A DNA stretch of 64,000 nucleotides from Alphaproteobacteria bacterium (GCA_965243135.1 OZ251539.1:5472001-5536000), one strand, 5' to 3'; shown: positions 38,746 through 48,969, numbered from the stretch's first letter. Numbers and translations are program-made. The notes: a model not told the origin generated them from the letters alone.

Positions 38746-39272
38746 CGGCTGCTTCCGGCGACGACACTGCTGTCCGCACGGACGGCTTCCGAAGTCGAGG
38801 CGAGACTACCGGCTCCTGAAACTCGAGCGCAACAGGGAGAGGGACGCCGGGAACGCGGCCGGCCTCCTCGAAACGGATTGGGAGATCCTCCCGCTCCAGG
38901 AATGCGAAATCGGGATCTCGACCCGGTTCGGACGCGGGCGTTTCCGGAAGGCTGAAGGCAACCGCGCAGCCCGGCGACGGACAGTGCGACAACTTTCGCG
39001 TTCGTCAGCCGCAGCGGCGGCCAGGCAGTTTCGGCGCGGACGGAACCGCCTTTCCGGCCCCGCGTGTTCGGCGCGTGTTCGGCGCGCCAAGACGGAATTT
39101 CGACCGGCCGCCAAAATTTCCCCTTGAAAGCCAGCGGAAGACACCTTATGTTCTCAAAGGGCGGCTCTTGAGGCGCGGACGGCGCCCGGTCGTCCGCAGG
39201 GCCGTCGAAGGAAGGTCGATTGACGATTCGGAGGCTACGCAATTGAAATGCAATTGGGGGGGGGAATCTGCG

Positions 39273-40364
39273 ATGCATGACGGGCTGCCGGGCAACGCTG
39301 GAGATCGACGAGGGCCTCGCGCCGTGAAAGGCCGGACGGCCATCAGCCTGTTCGCCGGAGCGGGCGGCATGGACATCGGCGTCGACCAGGCCGGCTTCAA
39401 GACCGTTTGCGCCATCGAGGCCGATCCGCACTGCGCCGCGACGCTGCGGCGCAACGCGAAGCGGAAGACCGTCTGGCAGGTGGATGTCCGGGCGCTGGAT
39501 CCCGCGAGGATCCTGGAAGCGCTCGGGCTGGAACGGGGACAGTTGAGCCTGCTCCACGGGGGTCCGCCGTGCCAGCCCTTCAGCCAGATCGGCAAGCAGG
39601 CCGGCCTTCGCGACCCTCGCGGAGGGCTGGTCTTCGAAATGGCGAGGTTCGCGGAAGCCCTTCGTCCGACCGCCGTCCTGATCGAACAGGTGCCCAACTT
39701 CCTGCGGGCCCGGACTCTGGACGGCTCCCCCCTGCTGGACGCTCTTCAGGCGGAGTTTCGCAGACTGGGGTACGACATGCGCGCCGACCTGCTCGAGGCC
39801 AGCGAGCACGGCATCGCGCAACGCCGGCGGCGGGCGGTCATGGCGTTCGTGCCCGCGGGCCAGCGGTTCGAGTTTCCCATTCTGCGATCCGGACTTCAGG
39901 TCACGGTCGGCGAAGCGCTTCGGGGGCTCCCGGAGCCGTCCGCTCCGGGCGGAGAGCCGCCGTTTCCGAACCACGTCGACGTGACCCCGCAGCGCGATCA
40001 GGAACGCATCGCCTACGTGCCCGAAGGGCTGTGGCTCTCGAAGACGCCCGGCGTGCCTCCGAACATTCTCAGGAACCTGACCCGCAAGGACACCACGAAG
40101 TACAGAAGGCTGGATAGATCCATGCTGGCGCCGACGCTTCGATGCGGCGAAGCGCTCTATCATCCCACGGCTGACCGCTACATCACTCCTCGCGAAGCCG
40201 CGCGCCTTCAGGGCTTTCCCGACGGCCACGTTTTCGTGGGACCCATTCGCCGGCGAACCGGCGTCGTTCGCGACCTCGACCAGCACCGGCAGGTAGCGAA
40301 CGCGGTGCCGCCGCCGATGGCCAGATCCGTCGCTTCGGATCTGAGAGAGAGTCTGTGCCTGTAG
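39273..40364 (+). CDS. C5-cytosine DNA methyltransferase
   Basis: SLFAGAGG, GGPPCQPFS, EQV (variant of ENV), QRRRR, REAARLQGFPD, QVANAVPP. Confidence 0.93.
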   Translation: MHDGLPGNAGDRRGPRAVKGRTAISLFAGAGGMDIGVDQAGFKTVCAIEADPHCAATLRRNAKRKTVWQVDVRALDPARILEALGLERGQLSLLHGGPPCQPFSQIGKQAGLRDPRGGLVFEMARFAEALRPTAVLIEQVPNFLRARTLDGSPLLDALQAEFRRLGYDMRADLLEASEHGIAQRRRRAVMAFVPAGQRFEFPILRSGLQVTVGEALRGLPEPSAPGGEPPFPNHVDVTPQRDQERIAYVPEGLWLSKTPGVPPNILRNLTRKDTTKYRRLDRSMLAPTLRCGEALYHPTADRYITPREAARLQGFPDGHVFVGPIRRRTGVVRDLDQHRQVANAVPPPMARSVASDLRESLCL

Positions 40365-41314
40365 TCAGGGAGCTGTTCGGTCAGGTTCTCGACGGAAACA
40401 TGGATTCGAGCGCTTGCCGCAGCGCACTGTGTCCGTTCCTGGGCGAAATCTGCGACGGCGGGGGAAACCGCGACATGGCTCGCGTGGCCGCGTCGGATCC
40501 GGGACTGGGCCCCTTTTTCGACTACGAGGTCGGCCGCAGGACGCAGGGCCATCTTCCGTGCGGCATCTGCTCGGTCGAAACCCCGAAGAAAAAAGAGACA
40601 TGGGCGATTTGCTCCAGGCGACTGTTCGCCTTTTCCTCGAACGGCGTCGCGGACCGACATCGCGAGCTGGCCGACCGGGTGTTCGCGCTCTGCGGTTTTC
40701 TCCCCGGACAGGAAGTATCCGTGTGGTCTGAAATATCTCTCAAGGAGGAGGGGGAGAAAGGCGTGTTCGACTACCGCCTGGACTACGTGCTTCGGGCCGC
40801 GGAACCCGGCTCCGTTCCCGTCGTCGTCGAGATAATGACTTGCTCGACGTCCGGAGGGAACAGGGAAAAGGGGACCGATATCCAGAGCGCCTTTCGCAGG
40901 GCGGTTCTGTTCGCGCATTCGGCTGCCGGGGGTCCGGTCAGGGCCCCCGGGGTCAACGTGCGGCAGGTCTGGGCGAGAATGGCGTCGCAGCTGGTTGCGA
41001 AATCGGAAGCGGCGAACAGCTGGGGCGGGCGCGCAATCTGGATTGTCCAGGATCTTCTGGCCGACTACGTCGGAACCCACACGGCCCTGCCGCTTGACGA
41101 TCTGCGCTCGCCGGACTGGACGCCCGGCGAAGTGAACATGGTCGTTTCCGACCTGAGCGGGCCGGTCGCCCTGTACTCCGGGCCCATAAGGGCGGCGGGC
41201 GGAGACAGGAAATGCTGGTTCGAACTGCTGGGCGCCCCTCACGTTCCGACGCTGGAATCCATAACGAGGAAGCTGGACGAGATTCCTTCCGTCGCCACGT
41301 TTCGGGTGCCCTGA
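40355..41314 (+). CDS. NotI-like type II restriction endonuclease (Cys-rich N-terminus)
   Basis: CPF...C...C..C...C cysteine cluster, LDYVL, VVEIM. Overlaps the MTase stop. Confidence 0.7.
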   Translation: MPVVRELFGQVLDGNMDSSACRSALCPFLGEICDGGGNRDMARVAASDPGLGPFFDYEVGRRTQGHLPCGICSVETPKKKETWAICSRRLFAFSSNGVADRHRELADRVFALCGFLPGQEVSVWSEISLKEEGEKGVFDYRLDYVLRAAEPGSVPVVVEIMTCSTSGGNREKGTDIQSAFRRAVLFAHSAAGGPVRAPGVNVRQVWARMASQLVAKSEAANSWGGRAIWIVQDLLADYVGTHTALPLDDLRSPDWTPGEVNMVVSDLSGPVALYSGPIRAAGGDRKCWFELLGAPHVPTLESITRKLDEIPSVATFRVP

Positions 41315-41570
41315 AGTCCCGTTCTACGGCGCGGCTTGCGGTCGTCGGGCTTTCCTGGGAGGTCGGTTTCGCGCTTCGCGTTTGTCGGCGCGCGCATGCT
41401 CGTCTTTCGCGTTCGGAATCGTCCGCAGCCCCCGAACGGAAGCTGCGGCGCTGAAGTTCGCCGTGCGGATCCCGGCGCCACCGTCCATTCCGCATGGAAG
41501 CGCGCGTCCCGGCGACTCCGCGAACGCCGCCCGCGCAACCGGAAACCGGGCCGAGGCGGCGTTCGCCGCG

Positions 41571-42536
41571 TTACGGCAGGAATACCGGCAGTTTCCCGGC
41601 GGCGCGCCGCATCGCTTCTTCGCCGCGCCGGTCGTAGCGGGCGGTCGTCTGCGGGCTGGCGTGTCCGGCGAGACGCTGGACGATCGCGAGATCGGCGTCG
41701 GACTCGAGCAGGTCGCTGACGAACGTCCGGCGCAGGTCGTGCGGACTGCAGGGCGCGATGCCGGCCTGTTCGCATCGGCGCTTCAGCCAGATCATGGCCG
41801 TCTGCGCCGTGACCGCGCGGATAGCCAAGCGTCCGGCCTTGTCGATCGGGCAGAGCAGCGGTCCGGGACCGCGGCCGCGGACGGCGATCCATGCGTCGAC
41901 GGCGCGTCTGGCGTCGCCGGCCGCGAATGCGGTGCGCTGCCGGTTCCCCTTGCCGATCACGCGAAGCGCTCCGGTGCTCCGGTCGTAGTCGCCGATCTGC
42001 AAGGCGACCGCTTCGGCGCGGCGCAGCCCGGCGCCGTAGAGCAGGGCGAACGCCGCCCCGTCGCGGAATCCGGCCGGCGTCGGATCCGCGGCGCAGGCTG
42101 CGAACAGCCGCCTGATCTCGCCCGGTTCGAGCGCCCGGCCCGCCGGCGGCCTGCTTCCCTTCACGCGGGGGATGTCGACGGCCCGCATGTAGTCCTCCGT
42201 TCCGATCTGGCCCAGGCGCCAACTCGCCTTCAGGACGCCTCGAAGGGCAGCGAGGTACTTGTTGGCCGTCGCGGGGGCCATTTCCTCGGCGACGGCCGAC
42301 CTGACGGCCGCGACGTGCTGGAAGCGGAAGTTCTGCCAGGGAACGTGGGCCGCGCCGGGAAAGCCGGCGAGCGCGGCGAGCCGGTCCAGCGTGCTGCGCA
42401 TGCCGTCGCGGGCGGGACCTTCCGCGAGGCCGGCAAGGTAGACGGCGGCCGGGTTTTCGTCCGCCTTGGCGGGCGGAATGCCGGGAACGGCGGGAAAACG
42501 GCTGGCGGCGGTTTGCCGGACGGGGGCAGGATGCAT
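41571..42536 (-). CDS. tyrosine recombinase/integrase (intact)
   Basis: GLRRAE, GKG, HDLRRT, LAGH, TTARY: full R-K-H-R-H-Y set. Confidence 0.95.
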   Translation of the reverse strand: MHPAPVRQTAASRFPAVPGIPPAKADENPAAVYLAGLAEGPARDGMRSTLDRLAALAGFPGAAHVPWQNFRFQHVAAVRSAVAEEMAPATANKYLAALRGVLKASWRLGQIGTEDYMRAVDIPRVKGSRPPAGRALEPGEIRRLFAACAADPTPAGFRDGAAFALLYGAGLRRAEAVALQIGDYDRSTGALRVIGKGNRQRTAFAAGDARRAVDAWIAVRGRGPGPLLCPIDKAGRLAIRAVTAQTAMIWLKRRCEQAGIAPCSPHDLRRTFVSDLLESDADLAIVQRLAGHASPQTTARYDRRGEEAMRRAAGKLPVFLP

Positions 42537-42565
42537 CGGCGGCGTTCCAGAATGCGGTCGATTTC

Positions 42566-42589
42566 TATTCAGAAACGTAGTTCTGAATA
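42566..42589. promoter_or_regulatory. 9-6-9 inverted repeat, candidate recombinase core/operator site
   Basis: tattcagaa-acgtag-ttctgaata, 30 bp upstream of the recombinase start. Confidence 0.6.
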
Positions 42590-42929
42590 CCTATTTTTCA
42601 CACCCGCCAGATGCTGTGGGCGGCCGCGCCCGCCGCCACAACAATTCCGGCTCGCGGGCTTCCGAAGGTACCGGGAGAGAGGTTGCGCTCCGGGCCGGCC
42701 GCGTCGGTCGATAGCTTCGACTGTTGGGGGTCCGCCCTGACTTCGCGTTCGCTACGTTGGAGGGCCGGTGGTTGCTCCTTTCCGTGACGGTGCGAACCTG
42801 ACGGGAGATGTTCTACGGTGCCGTGCGTTCTGTCCGCCTTCGCCGGACGCTTCAAAGGCGGGCAGCGCGAAAGCAAGACTGGAAAAGCCGCTTTTCGCTC
42901 CATCGTCGTGGTCCGAGCGTCCGGAGAAG

Positions 42930-43480
42930 CCGGCGGCCGAGCGGCCGTGCGCTGGATTCCAGGGAAGTGGGACGGCTGTTCGCGGTCCGCGCGAATGACG
43001 CCTCTCCCGTGGGAAAGCGGCGCATTTTCGCTGCTGTACGGCGTCGGTCCACGGCGGACGGAGGCGGTGGCGCTGCAACTCGAGGACTACGGCCGAAACA
43101 ACGGCGAACTGGCGGTCCGCGGCAAGGGAAACCGGCGGCGCAGCGTGTTCGCGAGCAACGGCGCGAAACGCGCTATCGATGCATGGGTCCACGTCGGCGC
43201 GCCGAGACCGCCGCTCTGCCCCATCGACAAGGCCGGCCGCATCGCCCCCGGTCACGGCTTAGGCGATGATGATCCGGCTGAAGCGCCGGGAAGCGGGGCT
43301 CGTGTCCTGCAGCCCGCACGATCTCCGCCGCACGTTCGTCAACGACCTGCTCGAAGCGAGCGCCGATATCGCGATCATGCAGCGCCTCTCCGGTCACGCG
43401 AGCCCGCCCGCCACTGCCCGCTACGATCGCCGGGGAAGCGAAGTCATGCGATGGGCGACGACTCGGCCGTGTGTGTCGAC
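42930..43480 (+). pseudogene. tyrosine recombinase pseudogene in inverted orientation
   Basis: LLYGVGPRRTEAV, RGKGNR, SPHDLRRTF and GHASPPATARY in different frames. Confidence 0.88.
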
Positions 43481-43579
43481 TGGCCGGTTTGTCCTCTGCA
43501 CTCCGGCCGAACCGCTGAAGCGCCGGTCCTGCTGCAAGATTTGCGAACTTCATTCTTGGTGGGTGGAGATGTCAAACGG

Positions 43580-44030
43580 TCGGGAACAACCTTGCATCCC
43601 CGCGCCTTGAACGCCTGGAGAGGCCCGTATCCATATCGTTGGTGTCGATGGGCACCCAGCGGGGAGCTCCAGCCTTCGAGCGCTGGTAAAGGGTTGATGA
43701 ACGTCGCATCCCGCCACCCGCTTGCCCTCGCGCTATGTGCCCTCCGCGCCCTTCCAGCTCCGACAAGTCCCGCTCGTTGCAGTACCCGGCAAGCACCATC
43801 GCGGGCTGCGGGGCGGACCTGTCCCTGGCCTCATCGAGCAACCCCACCATCGCGCCCGAGTTGACAGGGAGCATCTTTTTCTACGGCGCAGACGGGGCGG
43901 AGAGCCTTTGCCGCTGTCGCGCCGGATGTCCCCGCATGGGTTGCTTTCCTGCGCCTGCCGCTGCGGCAGGATCGGCGGTACCGGTTCGCCGTGCCGGGGA
44001 TCAACCCGTTCGATAGACATCGTCCACATG
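43580..44030 (-). mobile_element. IS1182-like transposase remnant (copy of ~60700-61160)
   Basis: AGYCNERDL motif; nucleotide match to 60840-61160. Confidence 0.6.
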
Positions 44031-44080
44031 TATCGGTAAAGTACGGAACTGAACGAAGAATTGTCGAAGAGGAGAATGAA

Positions 44081-44599
44081 ATGCTATTCGATGTGCATAG
44101 ATTCTTGATCACGAACTTGAAAACTAGCGAATTTTTGTAGGATGTCGATAGAGAAGAACCCGGATTAAGAAAAGCGAGAGGTTGCTATATTTTTTCGACA
44201 AATCACGGCCAAAACTTCAGACCTTGGTATGTCGGAAAAGCGGAAAAAACGGAGTTTGATACCGAAGTTTTTAATAGAAATAACAAGGAAATGTGCCGAG
44301 AAATTTTGGATAAACCGGGAGAAGTTCATCTGTTCTTGTTGCCGAGACTTACTCCCAAGAAGAGAAAATTTGGAAAATCCAAATACTCTCCTCATATACG
44401 ACACCTTGAGTTGCACCTTATTAGTTTGGCTCTAAAACGGAACAAGGATCTCTTCAATGTGCATTACGCAACAAGATTCAGGGAACTGAAAGTTCCGGGT
44501 ATCTTCAACAGTGATCCGGGTCATCCACCGTCGAAGGTCCAAGAGCTCAGGCGCACTCTTGGACTTAGGCCGGCAAAATCGAAGCCGCGCCTTCCCTGA
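44081..44599 (+). pseudogene. GIY-YIG-like nuclease paralogue with one in-frame TAG (44138-44140)
   Basis: MLFDVH..., GCYIF...WYVGKAEK, HLE...LFN. The stop lies where the paralogues have Trp. Confidence 0.8.
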
Positions 44600-44840
44600 T
44601 CCCGTCCCTCCGCCGCCGTAGCGTGACACTCAATAGTCGAGCACGGTGGTCGGCGCTTCCGTTTGCGACACAGCACTTTCACGGTGCCTTTACGACAACT
44701 CTACAATAAGTTTGTGGTGTATCGTTGCGAAGCTTGAGCTCGCAGGCGACTATGTCCGCTCCGTATTTTTTCCAGACGTGGTCCTTCCATCCGTTCGTGG
44801 GATCGTGTCGCGGGAAAATTCCCGTCTGCGCCTGCAAGAG
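44600..44840 (-). repeat. copy of the 3' end and downstream flank of gene 61827-62390
   Basis: LQAQTGI.PR.DPTNGWKDH.W.KYGA remnant. Confidence 0.88.
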
Positions 44841-44898
44841 TTGCCGTGGTCCGCGTGGAGCGCGAGGCCAACCGCACCATCCGGCGGGGAGTGTGACC

Positions 44899-45224
44899 AT
44901 GAACCAGTCCGAATTTCTGACCGCGCTGGCGGACATCAAGCTTGAGGGCCGGTGGGGGCCGGGTTAGGTGGCGGCTGCATCCGTCTGTATCATCCGGGCG
45001 AGTTCGTCGGCAGTACGATGGAGTTTTGCCCCATCACGGCCGTGGCCTACGACCGGACCGGCGCATACCATGACCTGCTGAATTGGCGCGATGCCGCCGG
45101 CGAAATTGGGTTGGACCATGAAACCGGGAAGGTGATCGCGGAAGCGGCCGACCATGAGGCGCCGTGGCCAATCAACCCGAACGTGCGCGACAAGATCAAG
45201 GCCGCGTGCGGACTGGCGACGTGA
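44899..45224 (+). pseudogene. small hypothetical gene with apparent frameshift near 44960
   Basis: MNQSEFLTALADI.. then ..IRLYHPG..FCPITAVAY..AACGL in another frame. TGATG-coupled to the next ORF. Confidence 0.5.
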
Positions 45225-45400
45225 TGCCTGATTTCGCGCCGCCGGGAACAAGCCTGCTGTTCAGCGACAGCGGCTTGAACCATGTTCCGTTCGAGATTAA
45301 CGGAGACATGGACGCCGAAGACCTGTGCGAACACTTGCAGGGCGTGACCGAGGCGCGGACCAAGTTCCGCGTGAGCTTCAACATCAAGGAGAACGACTGA
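45224..45400 (+). CDS. hypothetical protein, 58 aa
   Basis: TGATG overlaps at both ends. Confidence 0.5.
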   Translation: MPDFAPPGTSLLFSDSGLNHVPFEINGDMDAEDLCEHLQGVTEARTKFRVSFNIKEND

Positions 45401-45819
45401 TGACATACTTTCAAGATGCTGACTTTCGCGACATGCGCGAGAACAACAAGGCGTTGGTTCGGAAGGGACTCCAGAAGGCGCGACAGGAAAACCGGACGAT
45501 TTTCCAGTGCATGGATTACCTGACGAACAGCAAAGGCCATGCGATGATATGGACGGCTGCGAACGAGGTCGTTTTCGAGTATGGCGAAGAAACCGTCATT
45601 GAGATTGTCGAAAAGGAAGGATGGAAGTTGGAAGCTCAGAATCTGATCTTTCGACCGACGACCATGACGAGTCGCGACAAGTTCCTGCAATCCGGGCAAG
45701 ACGCGGCGCAAGACGGCGAAGTGATCCTGCTGATGACGTTCCGGGCGTCCGAAAAACTCCAGAACGAGATGCGGCATGAAGCCGCAACGGCGGCGCATGA
45801 ACGCCGCCGTCGGCCGTAA
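45400..45819 (+). CDS. hypothetical protein, 139 aa
   Basis: AAGGAG RBS, TGATG overlap, protein-like composition. Confidence 0.65.
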   Translation: MTYFQDADFRDMRENNKALVRKGLQKARQENRTIFQCMDYLTNSKGHAMIWTAANEVVFEYGEETVIEIVEKEGWKLEAQNLIFRPTTMTSRDKFLQSGQDAAQDGEVILLMTFRASEKLQNEMRHEAATAAHERRRRP

Positions 45820-45829
45820 TCGGCAAGTG

Positions 45830-46230
45830 GCGCGCCCCTGAAAGGCTTTCACCCGCCGATGCTTGAATTGCGCATCCCGGCGCTGGCTGCCATCCAGCGT
45901 TTTGGCCTGCAGGCTGCAGCCCGCATGGTGAAGCGTTCACCGTCCGCTCGCTGACCGAGCGCCCGGCCGCCCGAAACTCCTCCGCCAATGCGCTGCTGCA
46001 TGTCCAGCGCAACGGCCCCGACGGATCGCCGCGCGTCGCCGGGTCCACCATCTTCTCAAGAGCGGTCGGCAGGACCGGTCATGTTCGAGGAGCGGCTTCC
46101 GGCCGCCGCCCGGACCACATGTCCGGCTGATCGAGTTCCCCCGGCCTTGGTTCTCGGCATTCCGGTCGCTTCGGCGACCCGTGTCCCGCAGTCCCGGCAC
46201 TTCGACTCACCGGCCAACCATCCCTTACTG
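45830..46230 (-). mobile_element. ISAzo13-family transposase remnant
   Basis: PGGGRKP, VDPATRGDP..PLRWT, VSERTV; multiple frameshifts. Confidence 0.8.
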
Positions 46231-46260
46231 CCCCGAGGCAGAGATTGCCGAACGCCAAGG

Positions 46261-46293
46261 TTGCATTTCCGGGGGGGGGGGGGGGGGTACGGT
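46261..46293 (+). promoter_or_regulatory. putative promoter with G17 tract in the -35/-10 spacer
   Basis: TTGCAT-ttcc-G17(46271-46287)-TACGGT, upstream of ATG 46325. Confidence 0.55.
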
Positions 46294-46324
46294 TGTCGTA
46301 CACGGTCAGGAAAGGAATGACGTG

Positions 46325-48904
46325 ATGCAATCTGCAGTTAAAGCTTGTTTGGTGATCATGTGCGGTGCCGTGCTGGCGCTCGGGGCCTGCTCGAATCAGG
46401 CAAAGGACACGCTCAGGGCCGAACGCGATGCGGCGCGGGCCGAACTGATGGTCGCGCGGGACTTGTTGGCCCAACTGCAAGACGCCCAGAAAAGGGTGAT
46501 CGACAATCCGAACGACGAGCAGGCGCAGGCGGATCTGCTGGCGACGCTCAACGAAACCGAGAACGCCTTGAAGATGGTGGAGCTCACCGGTACGGACGAC
46601 GCCACGAACAAGGTGCGGACGGCGCTGGCATCGACCCTGACGGCGCTCATCCAAGTGAAGAGGCTCTATACCTCAACCTCGTCCGAGCGGATCTCGTTGG
46701 CCCAGGCGCAAGCCGCCCAGATGGACGATTTGCTGAGCATGGCGCGGGCCGCGGTGGCCCAGGCGCAGACCGATCTGGCCGCCGCGCAGGAGGCGCTGGA
46801 GGAGATGCCGAACGACGCGGCGCGGACGGCGCTGGCGGCGGCGCAAAATGCGCTCGCCGTCACCCAGCTCTCGCTGCTGCCCCAGCTCGCCAGAGCTCTG
46901 GATCAGTCGGCGCCGCGGCCGCCGGAACCACCGGCGCCGACCGCGGAGGAGCAGGCGTTGCGTTCGGCGCAAACCGGTTTGACGGATGCGCAGACCGCGA
47001 CCGGGCAGGCCAGGACGGCGCTGGCGGCGGCCCAGGCGGATCTGGAGAAGGCGGAGGCGGATTTCCAGGCGACCGCCGATGCCTGGGACGCCGACACCAC
47101 GGACGAGCAGAAAACGGCGGATCGCGAGGCCGCACAGATGCGGAGACAGGCGGCGCAAACGGCGCTGGCGGCCGCGCAGACGGCCTTCGTGAATGCGCAC
47201 GAGGCGGAGAGGATGGCCGCGGCGACGCTCGCAACGGCCGCGGCCGCGGCCCTGGCCGAGGCGGCCACGGACGACCAGCGGACGGAGGCCAACGCAGGCG
47301 TGGCGGCGGCCGCGGCGGCCGAAACCGCAACGCGAGCCTGGGCCGCCACCCGCATCGCCGCCGACGCCGGGTTGGCGGCGCCTCCCCTCATCCTGACCCA
47401 GGTCCCCCCCGGATCGACGGGGGGCGCATCCTTCACCGCGCGGGTCACGCTCACGCCCAGGGAGCCGACGGATCCCTCCGGCTGCACGGTTCTCACGCGC
47501 TGCCCCAACCCCGACGCGTTGGACATTGCGACGGAGGCGGTCGCCTGGGCCGCCGGCAAGACGGTGCTCTCGCCCGGCGCGACGGGCGAGAGCGATCACT
47601 TCCCGCTGCGGGCGGTCTCCATGCGCGGCGACATGCGGGGGAGCCCCCAAGGCTCCACCGACGACGATGGCGGCGCGACGCCGAAGATCCCGGTCGTCCA
47701 GGGGGCGACGACCGACATCGACGGCAACCCCATCTCGGGTATCTCCGGCTACCAACGCCATTACCGGAATCCGGTGACCAGCTCGATCCGCTTCACGCCC
47801 GACGGCATGGTCTTCAGGACCGGCGGGGAAGGCACCGTCTTCAGCCTCTTCAAGCACGATCTCGACAGGTCGTCGAGCCGGGGCCGGGACGGGACCAGCA
47901 ACGTGGGCAATTGGGGAAATGTGGACAACGGTGTCACGTCGGACGATTGCAGCGGGAACTATGAGCCGTTCTGCTACGACTTCAACCGCAGCGACATGGA
48001 GATCTCATGGGGCGCGCCCTACGCCGACCCCGACGGCGAGCCCAACTACTACTGGGCCTCGCGCTACGGGTTGAGCGGAAACCAGCCCCAGCCCGATCCC
48101 GAAGACAGCGACGGCCGTCGGCTCGCGGCCCATGGCGCGCTGGGCGACCTTCGGGTCTGGCTGTCGAACCATGGCGGCCTCGACGCGGGCGCGCTTGCGG
48201 ACGATGCGGGCGACGACGCCGACCGCTACCTGTCCTATGCGGCCTACGGCCTGTTCGTGTTCACCGACTATATCGACGAGTATCCTCGGCCGGGCCTCTT
48301 GCAGGGCTTCCACTTCGGTTACGACGCCTTCCGGGACGCGGACAACATGAGGACGACCGACCGTGCGGCCTCGATCGAGGCCACGTTCCGGGGCAGGACT
48401 ATGGGGATGATCCTGCATCCCAGGAGCAATTCGGTGGGCAGCGAAAGTGCGCCCCATGTCCTCCACTTCACCCGCTTGCGGGGCGACGTGACCCTCAACG
48501 CCTGCATCGGCGCCGGCGCCTGCACGGGCACAGGCATTCCCACCGGCTCCAACAAGATCATGGGCAACATCGCCAACCTGCAATCGCTCGAAAACGGCAT
48601 CTGGCAGAAGAACCAATTCCTCAGAAATCAGGCGGAGGGCCATGCCACCCATCCCGGGTTCGCGATCCTGTTGGCGGAGGGCGACATCGCAGCCGACGGC
48701 AGCTACAAGGGCCATGCGGATCCGTGGGATACTTCGTGGAACCAGGGCGAGTACAGCGGCGCCCTCTACGGCCCCGCGGACAAGCTCGAAACCGCCGGTT
48801 GGTGGCGCATCGAACCCGACAGTACCCACCAGAACCGGCATGTGGCCGCGTTCGGCAGCTTCGGCGCCTGCCAGCCGGATGATTGCCGCGTGACGGCGCC
48901 GTAG
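46325..48904 (+). CDS. surface lipoprotein: Ala-rich coiled coil plus C-terminal TbpB-like beta-barrel
   Basis: Lipobox LGA-C; long Ala/Gln/Glu helical region; C-terminal YSGALYGP...ETAGWW...FGSFGA barrel signature. Confidence 0.75.
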   Translation: MQSAVKACLVIMCGAVLALGACSNQAKDTLRAERDAARAELMVARDLLAQLQDAQKRVIDNPNDEQAQADLLATLNETENALKMVELTGTDDATNKVRTALASTLTALIQVKRLYTSTSSERISLAQAQAAQMDDLLSMARAAVAQAQTDLAAAQEALEEMPNDAARTALAAAQNALAVTQLSLLPQLARALDQSAPRPPEPPAPTAEEQALRSAQTGLTDAQTATGQARTALAAAQADLEKAEADFQATADAWDADTTDEQKTADREAAQMRRQAAQTALAAAQTAFVNAHEAERMAAATLATAAAAALAEAATDDQRTEANAGVAAAAAAETATRAWAATRIAADAGLAAPPLILTQVPPGSTGGASFTARVTLTPREPTDPSGCTVLTRCPNPDALDIATEAVAWAAGKTVLSPGATGESDHFPLRAVSMRGDMRGSPQGSTDDDGGATPKIPVVQGATTDIDGNPISGISGYQRHYRNPVTSSIRFTPDGMVFRTGGEGTVFSLFKHDLDRSSSRGRDGTSNVGNWGNVDNGVTSDDCSGNYEPFCYDFNRSDMEISWGAPYADPDGEPNYYWASRYGLSGNQPQPDPEDSDGRRLAAHGALGDLRVWLSNHGGLDAGALADDAGDDADRYLSYAAYGLFVFTDYIDEYPRPGLLQGFHFGYDAFRDADNMRTTDRAASIEATFRGRTMGMILHPRSNSVGSESAPHVLHFTRLRGDVTLNACIGAGACTGTGIPTGSNKIMGNIANLQSLENGIWQKNQFLRNQAEGHATHPGFAILLAEGDIAADGSYKGHADPWDTSWNQGEYSGALYGPADKLETAGWWRIEPDSTHQNRHVAAFGSFGACQPDDCRVTAP

Positions 48905-48932
48905 AACCGAACCGCCCACTCGGGCGAAGCGA

Positions 48933-48969
48933 GCCCGCCGCGTTCCCCTCGGGGCGCGGCGGGCCTTTT
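48933..48969 (+). terminator. rho-independent terminator
   Basis: gcccgccgcg...cgcggcgggc stem followed by ctttt. Confidence 0.75.

Noticed and set aside
39256-39264. G9 tract before the MTase as a phasevarion switch
   Set aside because: It is short and lies outside the probable CDS at the RBS position. It would matter only if an upstream start is used.
41571-42536. Integron integrase with attC cassettes
   Set aside because: I see no IntI-specific insertion and no recurring attC-like palindromes after the cargo genes.
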